Source of the DNA: Macrostomum hystrix
Taxonomy: Eukaryota; Animalia; Platyhelminthes
Assembly: GCA_950097015.1 (NCBI GenBank)
Contig: CATNEN010000001.1
Location: 12,090,001 to 12,154,000 of the forward strand
Length of the DNA: 64,000 nt
Direction: 5' to 3'
Shown here: one piece after another, positions 12,745-25,299 of the stretch
Layout: each line of letters begins with the position of its first letter
Position numbering within the stretch: the stretch's first letter is position 1
Translations under genes and position numbers: made by a program
Notes under the pieces: generated by a model
What the model saw: only the letters and a program-made list of their open reading frames with translations
What the model was told of the DNA's origin: nothing
Database searches by the model: none

Positions 12745-13330
12745 TCACTTCAGTAGGCCTGTGTTTATTCGCCAGTCCTTCAGTAGTTCAGTGTCTATGT
12801 CCCAGTGCTTCAGTATGTCAGTGTCTATGGCACAGTCCATCTGTATGTTAGTGTCTATGGCCCAGTCCTTCAGTAGTTCAGCGTCAATGGCCCAGTGCTT
12901 CAGTAGGTCAGTGTCTATGGCCCAGTCCTTCAGTAGGTCAGTGTCTATGGCCCAGTCCTTCAGTATTTCAGTGTCTATGGCCCAGTGCTTCAGTAGGTCA
13001 GTGTCTATGGCCCAGTCCTTCAGTAGGTCAGTGTCTATGGCCCAGTCCTTCAGTATTTCAGTGTCTATGGCCCAGTGCTTCAGTAGGTCAGTGTCTATGG
13101 CCCAGTCCTTCAGTATTTCAGTGTCTATGGCCCAGTGCTTCAGTAGGTCAGTGTCTATGGCCCAGTCCTTCAGTAGGTCAGTGTCTAAGGCCCAGTCCTT
13201 CAGTATTTCAGTGTCTATGGCCCAGTGCTTCAGTAGGTCATTGTCTATGGCCCAGTCCTTCAGTATTTCAGTGTCTATGGCCCAGTCCTTCGGTAGTTCA
13301 GTGTCTAGGGCACAGTCCTTCAGTATGTCA
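12745..13330 (+). repeat. 30-bp repeat array 2
   Basis: Same unit as array 1. It is preceded by the same flank as array 1 (TAAGTGTATAA.CTAGCT.AGAGTCAC at ~11694 and ~12722). Confidence 0.95.
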
Positions 13331-13431
13331 GAGTCCGTGTACAATTCTCCATAGTTTATTTGCAAAATCCCATCACAGTTCAGAGTCTGTGCATGCTTTG
13401 TCCATTGCCCTGACCATGCTTTCTGGGAATC

Positions 13432-13482
13432 GAGAGAGAGAGACGAGCGAATGAGTGAGCGGCCTGCAGCCAATGGGAGAAT
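13432..13482 (+). promoter_or_regulatory. Putative GPCR promoter: GA repeat and CCAAT box
   Basis: GAGAGAGAGAGA followed by GCAGCCAATGGGAG (NF-Y-like), about 150 bp upstream of the candidate ATG at 13621. Confidence 0.3.
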
Positions 13483-13620
13483 CGGATGGTTAAGATTTGT
13501 TAATGTTGCATTTAAGCAGACGGCTAACCCTGAGATATCATTGTCCTTCGTTCCCTTTGAGAGCATCTTCGTGAAAATTTCTATTTCAAATTAATCTCGA
13601 CTTAACCAAAATTCGTGAGC

Positions 13621-16600
13621 ATGTCTGCGGAATTGCCCGAACTGACAACCTCGGTGAGAGCTTCCGCCGTTTGCACTTTTTCTGTTAGCACTTTGTGTCT
13701 CGTCAAATAAAATTTTATTCATGTTTGATTAATTTCATCTCCAAAGGGCAAATCTTTAGCATTCTCAAAATTTTTGTTGCTACTCCTAAATTAAACTTTT
13801 GGTGATTCTGCCGCTTCAGTGATTTCCCCACTTAAGTGATTCTCCCCCAGTACTTAAGTGATTCTACCCCAGTACTTAAGTGATTCTCTCCCAGTACTTA
13901 GGTGATTCTGCACCAGTGATTGTAGATAGGGGAATATTTAGACCAGGGTAATACTCGTAGACACAGACCTACTGAAAAGATCGGCCATAGCCCTGAACTA
14001 CTGAAGGACTGGGCCATAGACACTGACATACTGAAGCACTGGGCCATAGACACTGACATACTGAAGCACTGGGCCATAGACACTGACATACTGAATGACT
14101 GGGCCATAGACACTGACATACTGAAGGACTGGGCCATAGACACTGACATACTGAAGCACTGGGCCATAGACACTGACATACTGAAGCACTGGGCCATAGA
14201 CACTGACATACTGAAGCACTGGGCCATAGACACTGTCATACTGAATGACTGGGCCATAGACACTAACATACTGAAGGACTGGGCCATAGACACTGACATA
14301 CTGAAGCACTGGGCCATAGACACTGACATACTGAAGCACTGGGCCATAGACACTGACATACTGAAGCACTGGGCCATAGACACTGACATACTGAATGACT
14401 GGGCCATAGACACTGACATACTGAAGGACTGGGCCATAGACACTGACATACTGAAGCACTGGGCCATAGACACTGACATACTGAAGCACTGGGCCATAGA
14501 CACTGACATACTGAAGCACTGGGCCATAGACACTGACATACTGAAGCACTGGGCCATAGACACTGACATACTGAAGCACTGGGCCATAGACACTGACATA
14601 CTGAATGACTGGGCCATAGACACTAACATACTGAAGGACTGGGCCATAGACAGTGACATACTGAAGGACTGGGCCATAGACACTAACAACTTTTTTGATT
14701 CTTCCATGACCTCAATTTACCTTCTCTGTCCTTCACTCCCCTCAAAATCCTAGATTGAGGATTCAGTCAAAGACTGGGTCAACAGTCAAAGACTGGCAAA
14801 AACGAGGTCTCCCTAAAGTAAATTTCAAAATTAGACACTGTGAGATTAGAGTGCATTTCTTAACAGAAAAATGATTCGGTAAAGTTAGCAAAAGAGGATT
14901 ACGAAAATCTAAAATGACTTTAATGGACTCAAGATTGCTGTAGCAATTTTTTGTAGATGAAGAAATTGGCAAGGTATTTAAATTAGGTTGACTGGATAAT
15001 TGATTTGCTAGCTAGAAGCGATAATAACTCGTCGTCGTCTGCTTTCACAACGAAGATTTAATTTTTCATTTTGCTTTTTTTCGCCAGGTGGCAAATGAAA
15101 AACCGAGGCCATGAAAAATGGGAAAGAGAAATTTCTAATTAGTTGGGCATTTTCGTTTTCAGACCTTCTTTTGGCGCGTGCTTTTACAAACTAAATTAAC
15201 AAAAAATGGGGTGTTAAACTGGAGTTGAACTTTTATTATTTCCAATTTAATTGTCCACACCACTGTTAGCAAACTGCGAGTTCTGAGCAGAACAGCTGGA
15301 GTGAATTGGATTTTAAAATCTGTTTTATTCAAATCGCTTCCTTCATTGTTCTTGAATCCCCCAAACTGTCTAGCACTATTCTAGAGTTGAAAAAATTCTT
15401 GATTTTGTGAAAGAAATCGACTTCCGTAAAAAACTTTAATGCTTTCTATCAAAAGTACCTACCCCCACCCTAGCATACGAGATTCAACCTAGCATACAAG
15501 ACTCGAGACCTGTACATAAGCTCCTTCAATCAAATTTACTCGTTTTTTTTCATTTATACATCTCACTAAAATATACATTAAGCAGAGTTTCTCATCGTAG
15601 TGTGCACCACCACTATCTCTCTCCCTAACGTACATTCACCACTATCTCTCTCCCTAACGTACATTCACCACTGTCTCTCTCCCTAACGTACATTCACCAC
15701 TGTCTCTCTCCCTAAAGTACATTCACCACTGTCTCTCTCCCTAACGTACATTCACCACTATCTCTCTCCCTAACGTACATTCACCACTGTCTCTCTCCCT
15801 AACGTACATTCACCACTATCTCTCTCCCTAACGTACATTCACCACTATCTCTCTCCCTAGCGTACATTCACCACTGTCTCTCTCCCTAACGTACATTCAC
15901 CACTATCTCTCTCCCTAGCGTACATTCACCACTGTCTCTCTCCCTAACGTACATTCACCACTGTCTCTCTCCCTAACGTACATTCACCACTATCTCTCTC
16001 CCTAGCGTACATTCACCACTATCTCTCTCCCTAGCGTACATTCACCACTGTCTCTCTCCCTAATGTACATTCACCACTATCTCTCTCCCTAACGTACATT
16101 CACCACTGTCTCTCTCCTTAACGTACATTCACCACTATCTCTCTCCCTAACGTACATTCACCACTATCTCTCTCCCTAACGTACATTCACCACTGTCTCT
16201 CTCCCTAACGTACATTCACCACTATCTCTCTGTCTAACGTACATTCACCACTGTCTCTCTCCCTAATGTACATTCACCACTGTCTCTCTGTCTAACGTAC
16301 ATTCACCACTGTCTCTCTCTCTAACGTACATTCACCACTTGTCTCTCTCTCTAATATACATTCACCTCTGTCTCTCTGTCTAATGTACATTCACCACTGT
16401 CTCTCTGCCTAATGTACATTCACCACTTGTCTCTCTCCCTAATGTACATTCACCTCTGTCTCTCTGTCTAATGTACATTCACCTCTGTCTCTCTAATGTA
16501 CATTCACCACTGTCTCTCTCCCTAACGTACATTCACCACTGTCTCTCTCTCTAATGTACATTCACCTCTGTCTCTTTAATGTACATTCACCACTGTCTCT

Positions 16601-19600
16601 CTCCCTAATGTACATTCACCTCTGTCTCTCTGTCTAATGTACATTCACCACTGTCTCTCTGCCTAATGTACATTCACCACTTGTCTCTCTCCCTAATGTA
16701 CATTCACCTCTGTCTCTCTGTCTAATGTACATTCACCTCTGTCTCTCTAATGTACATTCACCACTGTCTCTCTCCCTAACGTACATTCACCACTGTCTCT
16801 CTCTCTAATGTACATTCACCTCTGTCTCTTTAATGTACATTCACCACTGTCTCTCTCCCTAATGTACATTCACCTCTGTCTCTCTGTCTAATGTACATTC
16901 ACCTCTGTCTCTCTAATGTACATTCACCACTTGTCTCTCTCTCTAATATACATTCACCTCTGTCTCTCTGTCTAATGTACATTCACCACTGTCTCTCTGC
17001 CTAATGTACATTCACCACTTGTCTCTCTCCCTAATGTACATTCACCTCTGTCTCTCTGTCTAATGTACATTCACCTCTGTCTCTCTAATGTACATTCACC
17101 ACTGTCTCTCTCCCTAACGTACATTCACCACTGTCTCTCTCTCTAATGTACATTCACCTCTGTCTCTTTAATGTACATTCACCACTGTCTCTCTCCCTAA
17201 TGTACATTCACCTCTGTCTCTCTGTCTAATGTACATTCACCTCTGTCTCTCTAATGTACATTCACCACTGTCTCTCTCTCTAATGTACATTCACCACTGT
17301 CTCTCTCCCTAACGTACATTTACCACTGTCTCTCTCTCTAATGTACATTCACCTCTGTCTCTCTAATGTACATTCACCACTGTCTCTCTCCCTAATGTAC
17401 ATTCACCTCTGTCTCTCTAATGTACATTCACCACTGTCTCTCTCCCTAACGTACATTCACCACTGTCTCTCTCCCTAACGTACATTCACCACTGTCTCTC
17501 TCCCTAATGTACATTCACCTCTGTCTCTCTCCCTAATGTACATTCACCTCTGTCTCTCTAATGTACATTCACCACTGTCTCTCTCCATCCATCCATCCAT
17601 CCATCACCTTGATGCACATTCGCTCTTGCCCATATTTACATTAACTAATTCCTCACCCTAGTATGCATTTCTCTCCTACGAGTAATCAATAGACTGCCAC
17701 TAAAAGTACATCCGCACGGTGAAACCCGCAGGCGGCAGTCAACTTAACCCTGCCGCCCTACCCGGGTCTGGGCAAGGCTAGCGTGGCCAAGCTCAGCGTC
17801 CTGCTGGCCCTGTTCACCTTCTCCCTGCTGACGAACCTGCGCACACTCCGACGCGTCATCAACAACCGGAGAAATCCGCAGTGCAGCCAGCTCATGCTGC
17901 ACCTAGTCCTAGCCGACCTGCTTGTGGTGCTCTTCTGCTTCTTCGGCACCGTTGCCTGGATTCTCACTGTGCAGTTCTATGGCGGAGACATGCTGTGCCG
18001 CATCTTCAAATTCATGCAGGGCGTGTCACTGTCCGCCAGTGCCTATGTCACCGTGGCAATAGGCATCGACCGGTCCATCGCTGTGGTGCGACCCTGGAAC
18101 TATAACAACCCGACAGTCAGGAACAGACTGCTGACCACTGCGTGGCTGTCTGCCTTTCTGGTGTCCTCTCCGCTGGTGCGACAAACTCCCTCATCCTCTG
18201 ACACCCGCCTGATACTCTACCATCCTCTGACACCCGCCTGATACTCTGCCATCCTCTGACACCCGCCTGATACTCTACCATCCTCTGACACCCGCCTGAT
18301 ACTCTACCATCCTCTGACACCCGCTTGATACTCTACCATCCTCTGACACCCGCTTGATACTCTGCCATCCTCTGACACCCGCCTGATACTCTGCCATCCT
18401 CTGACACCCGCCTGATACTCTACCATCCTCTGACACCCGCCTGATACTCTACCATCCTATGACACCCGCCTGATACTCTACCATCCTATGACACCCGCCT
18501 GATACTCTACCATCCTATGACGCCCGCCTGATACTCTACCATCCTGTGACACCCGCCTGATACTCTGCCATCCTCTGACACCCGCCTGATACTCTACTAT
18601 CCTCAGACACCCGCCTGATACTCTACTATCCTCAGACACCCGCTTTTTATAAGAAAAAACGTTTTTTAAAAATTTATTTTTATGTAAAGGGCACAGGGTC
18701 TTTGTTCAGGTGAAATTAGCTGGCTAGACAATGGGAATTTGGAATAATTAGTACCTTCTGCAGCAAAGAATGGCACCTGTGCTCCGAAAATTATAAGCTT
18801 TTTCTTATCGTTGCAGTATTATTTCTTCCTAAAAGCCGAATTTATGTTCACCTCGCACAACAGTCCAGTTAAACAAAAGAAAATCTCCTACACAATTTCC
18901 CCAGTTGTTCTTCTTTGGCTTGGCTCGCGGACCCTGGGAAAAGGACTTCTACCAGTGCGTCTCTCTCGATATGCAACCAGACACTGCCTACCGACTAGCC
19001 CAACACATGGACAAGATCGTCATGAGCTTCATGGCGTTCAACCTGACCAGTCTATTTCTGGCACCCGTGTGCTGCCTGAGCATTGCCTACGGACTCATTG
19101 TGAGCCGCATTGCGGCCAAATCAAAGGAATTGGGTGAGCGACAGTTTGTGACACAGTACAGTCGTCCCTTTGTCACATTTTACACTTTTTAACCATGTAG
19201 AAAATTATAATGATAAGTACAAATATGCACGAACATTGCACTTAACTTTGTTGCAGTAAAAAGCTTTTTTTTCATGCAACGAACTCATCTACTAATTAAT
19301 AATAATAACAATATAATAATAATCATAATAATAATTGCAGGAGGGCTGCAGGCAATGGCACATCATTTGGTGATACTAGACCCGCAACCAGCGAGGAGGC
19401 AATTCTGTTCATTTCGCTGACTCCTGAGCACACACGCACTCAGATATCGTACGCAGGCACACACGCACACAGGCGTGTACATCTGCCCTGACTTTCTCAT
19501 TGTCGGGCAGTGTACACTTCACTGTGCCTTGGAGGGCGTAAATTGCACGACAAGCCCCCAAGCCTTCTCTCCGCGGCTGCGCCCCAAACGAATGTGACCT

Positions 19601-22600
19601 CGCCGCGGAATCGAGCTCAGGGACCTTGGTGCGAGAGGCAAACGCGTAAGACCGCTGTGCCACTCACCCACTCAAGTCAGCCATCCTTAATCGGTATAAA
19701 ATGCAAACTGTCGCCCAACAGCCTGCTCACAATGCACCAGTGGTTAGAGCTTCGGGCTTCCAACTGAGGCGTCGGGGGTTCGAATCGCTGTCGAATTCAT
19801 TGTTACTTCAATTCACCCAGCTGTCAACTGAGTACTAGCATCGGCTCTGTCTTGGGTGTGGTCTGACTGGGGTAGTCCACAGACTGAACTGCCGTGTAAA
19901 CAGCTTAAGTAGGTCAACCAGACGAAACTTAATAACTCTGTCTAGAGCAATTTTCATCCTTACGAGCGATTAGCTGCCGCACCGCAGTCAAGAACTGCTA
20001 AATTCTTTAAACTAAGGCTGAAATCAACTTAACTCTTGTTTAAGATTAAAGTAATAGTAAGTAATGTTTAATTGATAGTAATTGATTTCACCTGCCCCAA
20101 TTGAGTCAGAGGTCCAGCCGACAGCACAGCCGCAACTATTTCGGCTTGCCATGTGTCTTGCTAAAGTACACAAATTGTTCCAGTGTAGTCGGGAATCGAA
20201 CCTCCGACCTTCAAGTCGTGTTTTCGACACTCTAGCCACTAGGCTACAACCCCCACTCTAAAAGATTTCCAGGAAAGCCGTGTTTCAAACTGGTGCTTAA
20301 ACTGGTGCTGCAGTTGCGGTTAGTTGTCACTCTTCTTGGTTAACTATTCAACTGAAGCAATAAAAAAATTCGTTTTTAAGGAAACAATCTATTTTCACAA
20401 GCTGGCCTAGAATTCGAACTCCCGACCTCGTTCATAGCTGAACCTCGAAACAATATACTCGCAGATTTTGGTCTCCATTTATCATCATAGAAAGAAACCG
20501 TTTGTCAGATTTTTTCATAGTTAAGCGTTTGTCTCTTTGTGAGATGAATACGAAAGATAGGAGGGCCTATTCAAGGCTAGCTTTGGCTTTCCGCTTATCG
20601 ATTCAGGGTCGGTTTTTCGCTAGTTCAGTGGAGCCTGACTTATCATTGTCCCTGATGATGGCATCCTGCACTTTTAGAGGCTTGTTGGGTGCAACTGTGA
20701 GCTGCCAGTAGGAGGGCATTGTTCTAAAATATGAAACAGAGAAACGGAACCCGATTTCGGAAATAGGGAGAGGAGCGGAGGAGGAAGGAGAGGGATGGAA
20801 AGGAGCAGGGAAAGGCGGAAAGGGACAGGAAGGGGCGGAAAGGGACAGGAAGGGGCGGAAAGGGAAAGGAAGGGCGGAAAGGGACAGGAAGGGGCGGAAA
20901 GGGACAGGAAGGGGCGGAAAGGGAAAGGAAGGGCGGAAAGGGACAGGAAGGGGCGGAAAGGGACAGGAAGGGGCGGAAAGGGAAAGGAAGGGCGGAAAGG
21001 GACAGGAAGGGGCGGAAAGGGACAGGAAGGGGCGGAAAGGGACAAGGAAGGGGCGGAAAGGGACAGGAAGGGGCGGAAAGGGAAAGGAAGGGCGGAAAGG
21101 GACAGGAAGGGGCGGAAAGGGACAGGAAGGGGCGGAAAGGGAAAGGAAGGGCGGAAAGGGACAGGAAGGGGCGGAAAGGGACAGGAAGGGGCGGAAAGGG
21201 AAAGGAAGGGCGGAAAGGGACAGGAAGGGGCGGAAAGGGAAAGGAAGGGCGGAAAGGGACAGGAAGGGGCGGAAAGGGACAGGAAGGGGCGGAAAGGGAA
21301 AGGAAGGGCGGAAAGGGACAGGAAGGGGCGGAAAGGGACAGGAAGGGGCGGAAAGGGACAGGAAGGGGCGGAAAGGGACAGGAAGGGGCGGAAAGGGAAA
21401 GGAAGGGCGGAAAGGGACAGGAAGGGGCGGAAAGGGACAGGAAGGGGCGGAAAGTGACAGGAAGGGGCGGAAAGGGAAAGGAAGGGGCGGAAAGGGAAAG
21501 GAAGGGCGGAAAGGGACAGGAAGGGGCGGAAAGGGACAGGAAGGGGCGGAAAGGGACAGGAAGGGGCGGAAAGGGACAGGAAGGGGCGGAAAGGGAAAGG
21601 AAGGGCGGAAAGGGACAGGAAGGGGCGGAAAGGGACAGGAAGGGGCGGAAAGGGACAGGAAGGGGCGGAAAGGGACAGGAAGGGGCGGAAAGGGAAAGGA
21701 AGGGCGGAAAGGGACAGGAAGGGGCGGAAAGGGACAGGAAGGGGCGGAAAGGGACAGGAAGGGGCGGAAAGGGAAAGGAAGGGGCGGAAAGGGAAAGGAA
21801 GGGCGGAAAGGGACAGGAAGGGGCGGAAAGGGAAAGGAAGGGCGGAAAGCAAACAGAAGCCTAAAAGAAAATAAATATTTATTGATTTATATATATATTC
21901 GTGGATTCAAGTAAATCTAGCTATTTCACTGTGGGGTGCGCCTAATCTACTCCGATAATCCTTTTATTGGGAGCACTCTCGGCGCTAATCCAATCAGACG
22001 GCAAACCTAATCCTCCTGTTAGATCACGGCTTTGCTCCTCAGTTTTTTAATTAGTTTTGCTACTCAGATGAGCACTCTGGAAATACGCTCGTAGTAATTC
22101 GGATTAAATGCGGACCTTCAGACTGAGATTTATGGCATTTTGCCGTTTGTTATGCAAATAGTGTAGAAAAACTTGTACTTCTACTGTTTAGATTAGATAA
22201 TTGGTACGGGCTCTAAATCCGATTTTTCATGTTCAATTGATTTCTGAACTCGACTTTCAAATATTGACGATTTTCGTAATTCGACGATTTTCCCCAATCT
22301 GTCAATTTTCCCCATTCCACAATTCTCCCAATCCGACGATTCTCCCAATTTGACTATTTTCCCAATCCGACGATTTTCCCCAATCTGACAATTTTCCCAA
22401 TTCCACGATTCTCCCAATCTGATAATTTTCCCAATCTGGAAATTCTCCCAATCTGACAATTTTCCCAATTCCACGATTCTCCCAATCTGACGATTTTCCC
22501 CAATCTGACAATTTTCCCCATTCCACAATTCTCCCAATCCGACGATTCTCCAAATCCGACGATTCTCCCAATTCGACTATTTAACCGATTCGACGATTCT

Positions 22601-25149
22601 CCCAATTTGACTATTTTCCCAATCCGACGATTTTCCCCAATCTGACAATTTTCCCAATTCCACGATTCTCCCGATTCCACGATTCTCCCAATCTGATAAT
22701 TTTCCCAATCTGACAATTTTTCTAATCTGACAATTTTCGCAATCTGGAAATTTTCACGATCTGACAATTTTCCCAATTCCCCGATTCTCCCAATTCGATA
22801 GTTTTCCAAATCCGACGATTCTCCCAATCCGACGATTCTCCCAATCCGACGATTCTCCCAATCCGACGATTCTCTCAATCCGACGATTCTCCAAATTGGA
22901 AGATTTTCTCAATTCTCCGAGTTACCCAGTTGTGCTTTAGTAGCAAATGATATAGTTAAACAGGACAGTAATTTCACCGGCAATCAGAACAAATGACGTT
23001 GGGTCAAGGCTACAGTGAATTGCTCTGAAATTGCTCAAATTTCAAACTGTGACTATCAGGGAATGTCATCAGGCTGCATTCACAGCAACATAAAAGACTT
23101 TGTTGCGCCGAAAATCTGAAATTTACCTTTTCAATTCTCGCATAAGTGTTCATAGACCTGAAGTCCTTCTTGTTTTTAATTAGTCCGTGACTAGAAAGCC
23201 TTGAGGCATTCGACCATTGTGGCATCTAGAAATTCGTCTATAACGCTAAAAATAGATATTTTTTATCAAGCGCCTAGATGTACTCTTTGCAGGCTCACAA
23301 ATACGTGTCGCATTGGTTTGTGCACGATTTAGATTTTTTAAATACCCACTGCCTACTACTGTATAAACGTCTATGGCGAATATTGGTTCAATATTATAAT
23401 AACTAACACTATACTCAATACAGTATAACCAAAAACTAATAGCCAACATGGTTACATGATGAAATTTTGTGAGCAGAAAAGTAAGCTGGTGGATGTTAGT
23501 GAGTATTTACGATTCTCCCAATTCGACGATTCTCCCAATTCGACGATTCTACCAATTCGACGATTCTCCCAATTTGACAATTTTCCCAATCTGACGATTT
23601 TCCCGATTCGACGATTCTCTCAATTCGACGATTCTCCCAATTCGACGATTCTCCCAATTCGACGATTCTCCCAATTTGACAATTCTCCCAATTCGACGAT
23701 TCATTCAGTTTGACTATTTAACCGATTGGACGATTCTCCCAATCCGACGATTCTCCCAATCCGACGATTCTCCCAGTTCGACTTTTCTCCCAATTCGACG
23801 ATTCTCCCAATTCGACGATTCTCCCAATTCCACTATTCTCCCAATCCGACGATTCTCCCAATTCGACGATTCTACCAATTCGACGATTCTCCCAATTTGA
23901 TAATTTTCCCAATCTGACGATTTTCCCGATTCGACGATTCTCTCAATTCGACGATTCTCCCAATCCGACGATTTTGCCAATTCGAATATTTTCCCAATTC
24001 GACGATTCTCCCAATCCGACGATTCTCCCAATTCGACGATTCTACCAATTCGACGATTCTCCCAATTCGACGATTCTCCCAATTCGACGATTCTCCCAAT
24101 TCGACGATTCATTCAGTTTGACTATTTAACCGATTGGACGATTCTCCCAATCCGACGATTCTCCCAATCCGACGATTCTCCCAGTTCGACTTTTCTCCCA
24201 ATTCGACGATTCTCCCAATTCCACTATTCTCCCAATCCGACGATTCTCCCAATTCCACTATTCTCCCAATCTGACGATTCTCCCAATCCGACGATTCTCC
24301 CGATTCGAATATTCTCCCAAATCTAAAGATTCTCCCAACTCAAATATAAGCAAAACTAATAGCCAACATGGTTACATGATGAATTTTTGTGAGCAGAAAA
24401 GTATGCTGGTAGATGTTGGTGAGTATTTGAAATACCAATGGTCTTTGTACTGTTAAAGCTTTGTACTTTCCATTAGCCATCTAAGAGTACCGATTTATTC
24501 TCTTGAGCTAGACTTTGATGGCTGTCGCAGACTCCACGGACTGAACAGTTATACACAGCCCTTAGGAAGAATTTAGTGGTTGAAGTCGACGACTAAGAAC
24601 AAACTTATGCGCTCATGAAAATTCTACTTTTATCCTTCAGCCGCGGAAGCTGAGAGCCAGAACAGCGATCAACAGCAGCAGGAGCAGCAGCACTCGCCAG
24701 AGTTTCAGCGAGGCTATGAGATGCAGCTGAACCAGGCGAGCTCCTTCATCACCAGCTACCGGCAGGCGTTCCTATTGCGCGCCAAACTGCGTAGCTTCCG
24801 CATGTTCTCAGTCATCATCCTGACTTTCGTTCTCCTGTGGCTGCCCTACTGGGCGCTGTACATCTTCGCCTGCGTCAACCGCCTGAGTGGAGGTCGCTAC
24901 AGCGACGCCGTTGAAGTCGTCTCAAACTGCGTCTTCTTCTTCGGAATGTCAACAAGCGCCGCCAATCCGATGATCTACGGAGCCTACGAGAACGGTAGCT
25001 GCTCGCGCTGCCAGTTCTGCTGCCGCTGCTGCTGCGGTGTCGACAATGAACCGTCAGAGGCCGGGAGCCGTAACTGTGGCTACAGACTGCAGCCAGTCAA
25101 TCTGGTGATGAAACTGCCAAGCACGCGCAGCACTGGAGGTCCGGATTAA
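13621..25149 (+). CDS. Class A GPCR of the GnRH/corazonin/AKH receptor superfamily (corazonin-receptor-like), ~404 aa
   Basis: Well-supported exons: 17732-18175, 18905-19133 and 24641-25149 (GT-AG, phases 0,1). Tentative first exon 13621-13653 (MSAELPELTTS|GTGAGA, phase 0). Motifs: HLVLADLLV, TVQFYGGDMLCRIFKF, IDRS, RGPWEKDFYQCV, RAKLRSFRM, LWLPYW, FFFGMSTSAANPMIYG. The ECL2 and TM7 motifs are typical of corazonin/GnRH-type receptors. Confidence 0.85.
13965..14686 (-). repeat. 30-bp repeat array 3, inverted relative to arrays 1 and 2
   Basis: CTGAAGCACTGGGCCATAGACACTGACATA is the reverse complement of the array 1/2 unit. Very homogeneous. Confidence 0.96.
15605..17585. repeat. ~29-bp minisatellite (about 2 kb) in a GPCR intron
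   Basis: Tandem GTACATTCACCACTGTCTCTCTCCCTAAC with length variants and repeated blocks. Confidence 0.97.
18192..18643. repeat. 29-bp minisatellite starting 16 nt after the GPCR splice donor
   Basis: Tandem CATCCTCTGACACCCGCCTGATACTCTAC. Confidence 0.96.
19295..19675 (-). mobile_element. tRNA-derived SINE family 1, near full length with (TTA)n tail
   Basis: On the minus strand: A-box-like TGGCACAGCGG, B-box-like GCTCGATTCC, a body shared with 11157, 32150, 33108, 55560 and 56605, and a (TTA)n end. Confidence 0.75.
19733..19935 (+). mobile_element. tRNA-derived SINE family 3
   Basis: CAGTGGTTAGAGC (A box)...GGTTCGAATC (B box), then TTCACCCAGCTGTCAACTGAGTAC, a SINE central-domain-like sequence. 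No proper acceptor stem. Confidence 0.55.
20075..20257 (-). mobile_element. tRNA-derived SINE family 2, internally deleted copy
   Basis: Minus strand GGGTTGTAGCCTAGTGGCTAGAG...GGTTCGATTCCCGAC...TTTAGCAAGACAC...GCGGCTGTGCTGTCGGCTG...TTGGGGCAGGTG. Homologous to 41515 and 52708. Confidence 0.75.
20810..21849. repeat. 19/20-bp purine-rich minisatellite
   Basis: About 50 copies of GGAAAGGGACAGGAAGGGGC and GGAAAGGGAAAGGAAGGGC. Confidence 0.97.
22265..22920. repeat. 17-bp minisatellite, block 1
   Basis: Degenerate TTCTCCCAATCCGACGA units. Confidence 0.93.
23509..24340. repeat. 17-bp minisatellite, block 2
   Basis: TTCTCCCAATTCGACGA units with an internal ~410-bp block duplication. Confidence 0.93.
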
Positions 25150-25299
25150 TCCTGTCTATATTTTTTGATGAAAATAGTACGAAAAAGATTAGTTATCTGT
25201 GTGTTTTTACTCGTATTCTTAAAACGAAGCAAAAAAGGCAAAAACTAAAATTTTATTTTCTCGAAATATGGAGATTTGATAAACAATTGTGGTAAGAAT

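Noticed and set aside
12745-14707. 10-aa repeat protein (DTEILKDWAI)n or (SVSMAQSFSM)n
   Set aside because: The 30-bp unit is open in several frames on both strands and occurs in both orientations. There is no supporting gene structure.
19733-19800. tRNA gene (also tRNA-like sequences at ~20190-20255 and ~52940-52980)
   Set aside because: A and B boxes are present, but there is no complete cloverleaf and each continues into a repeated SINE body.
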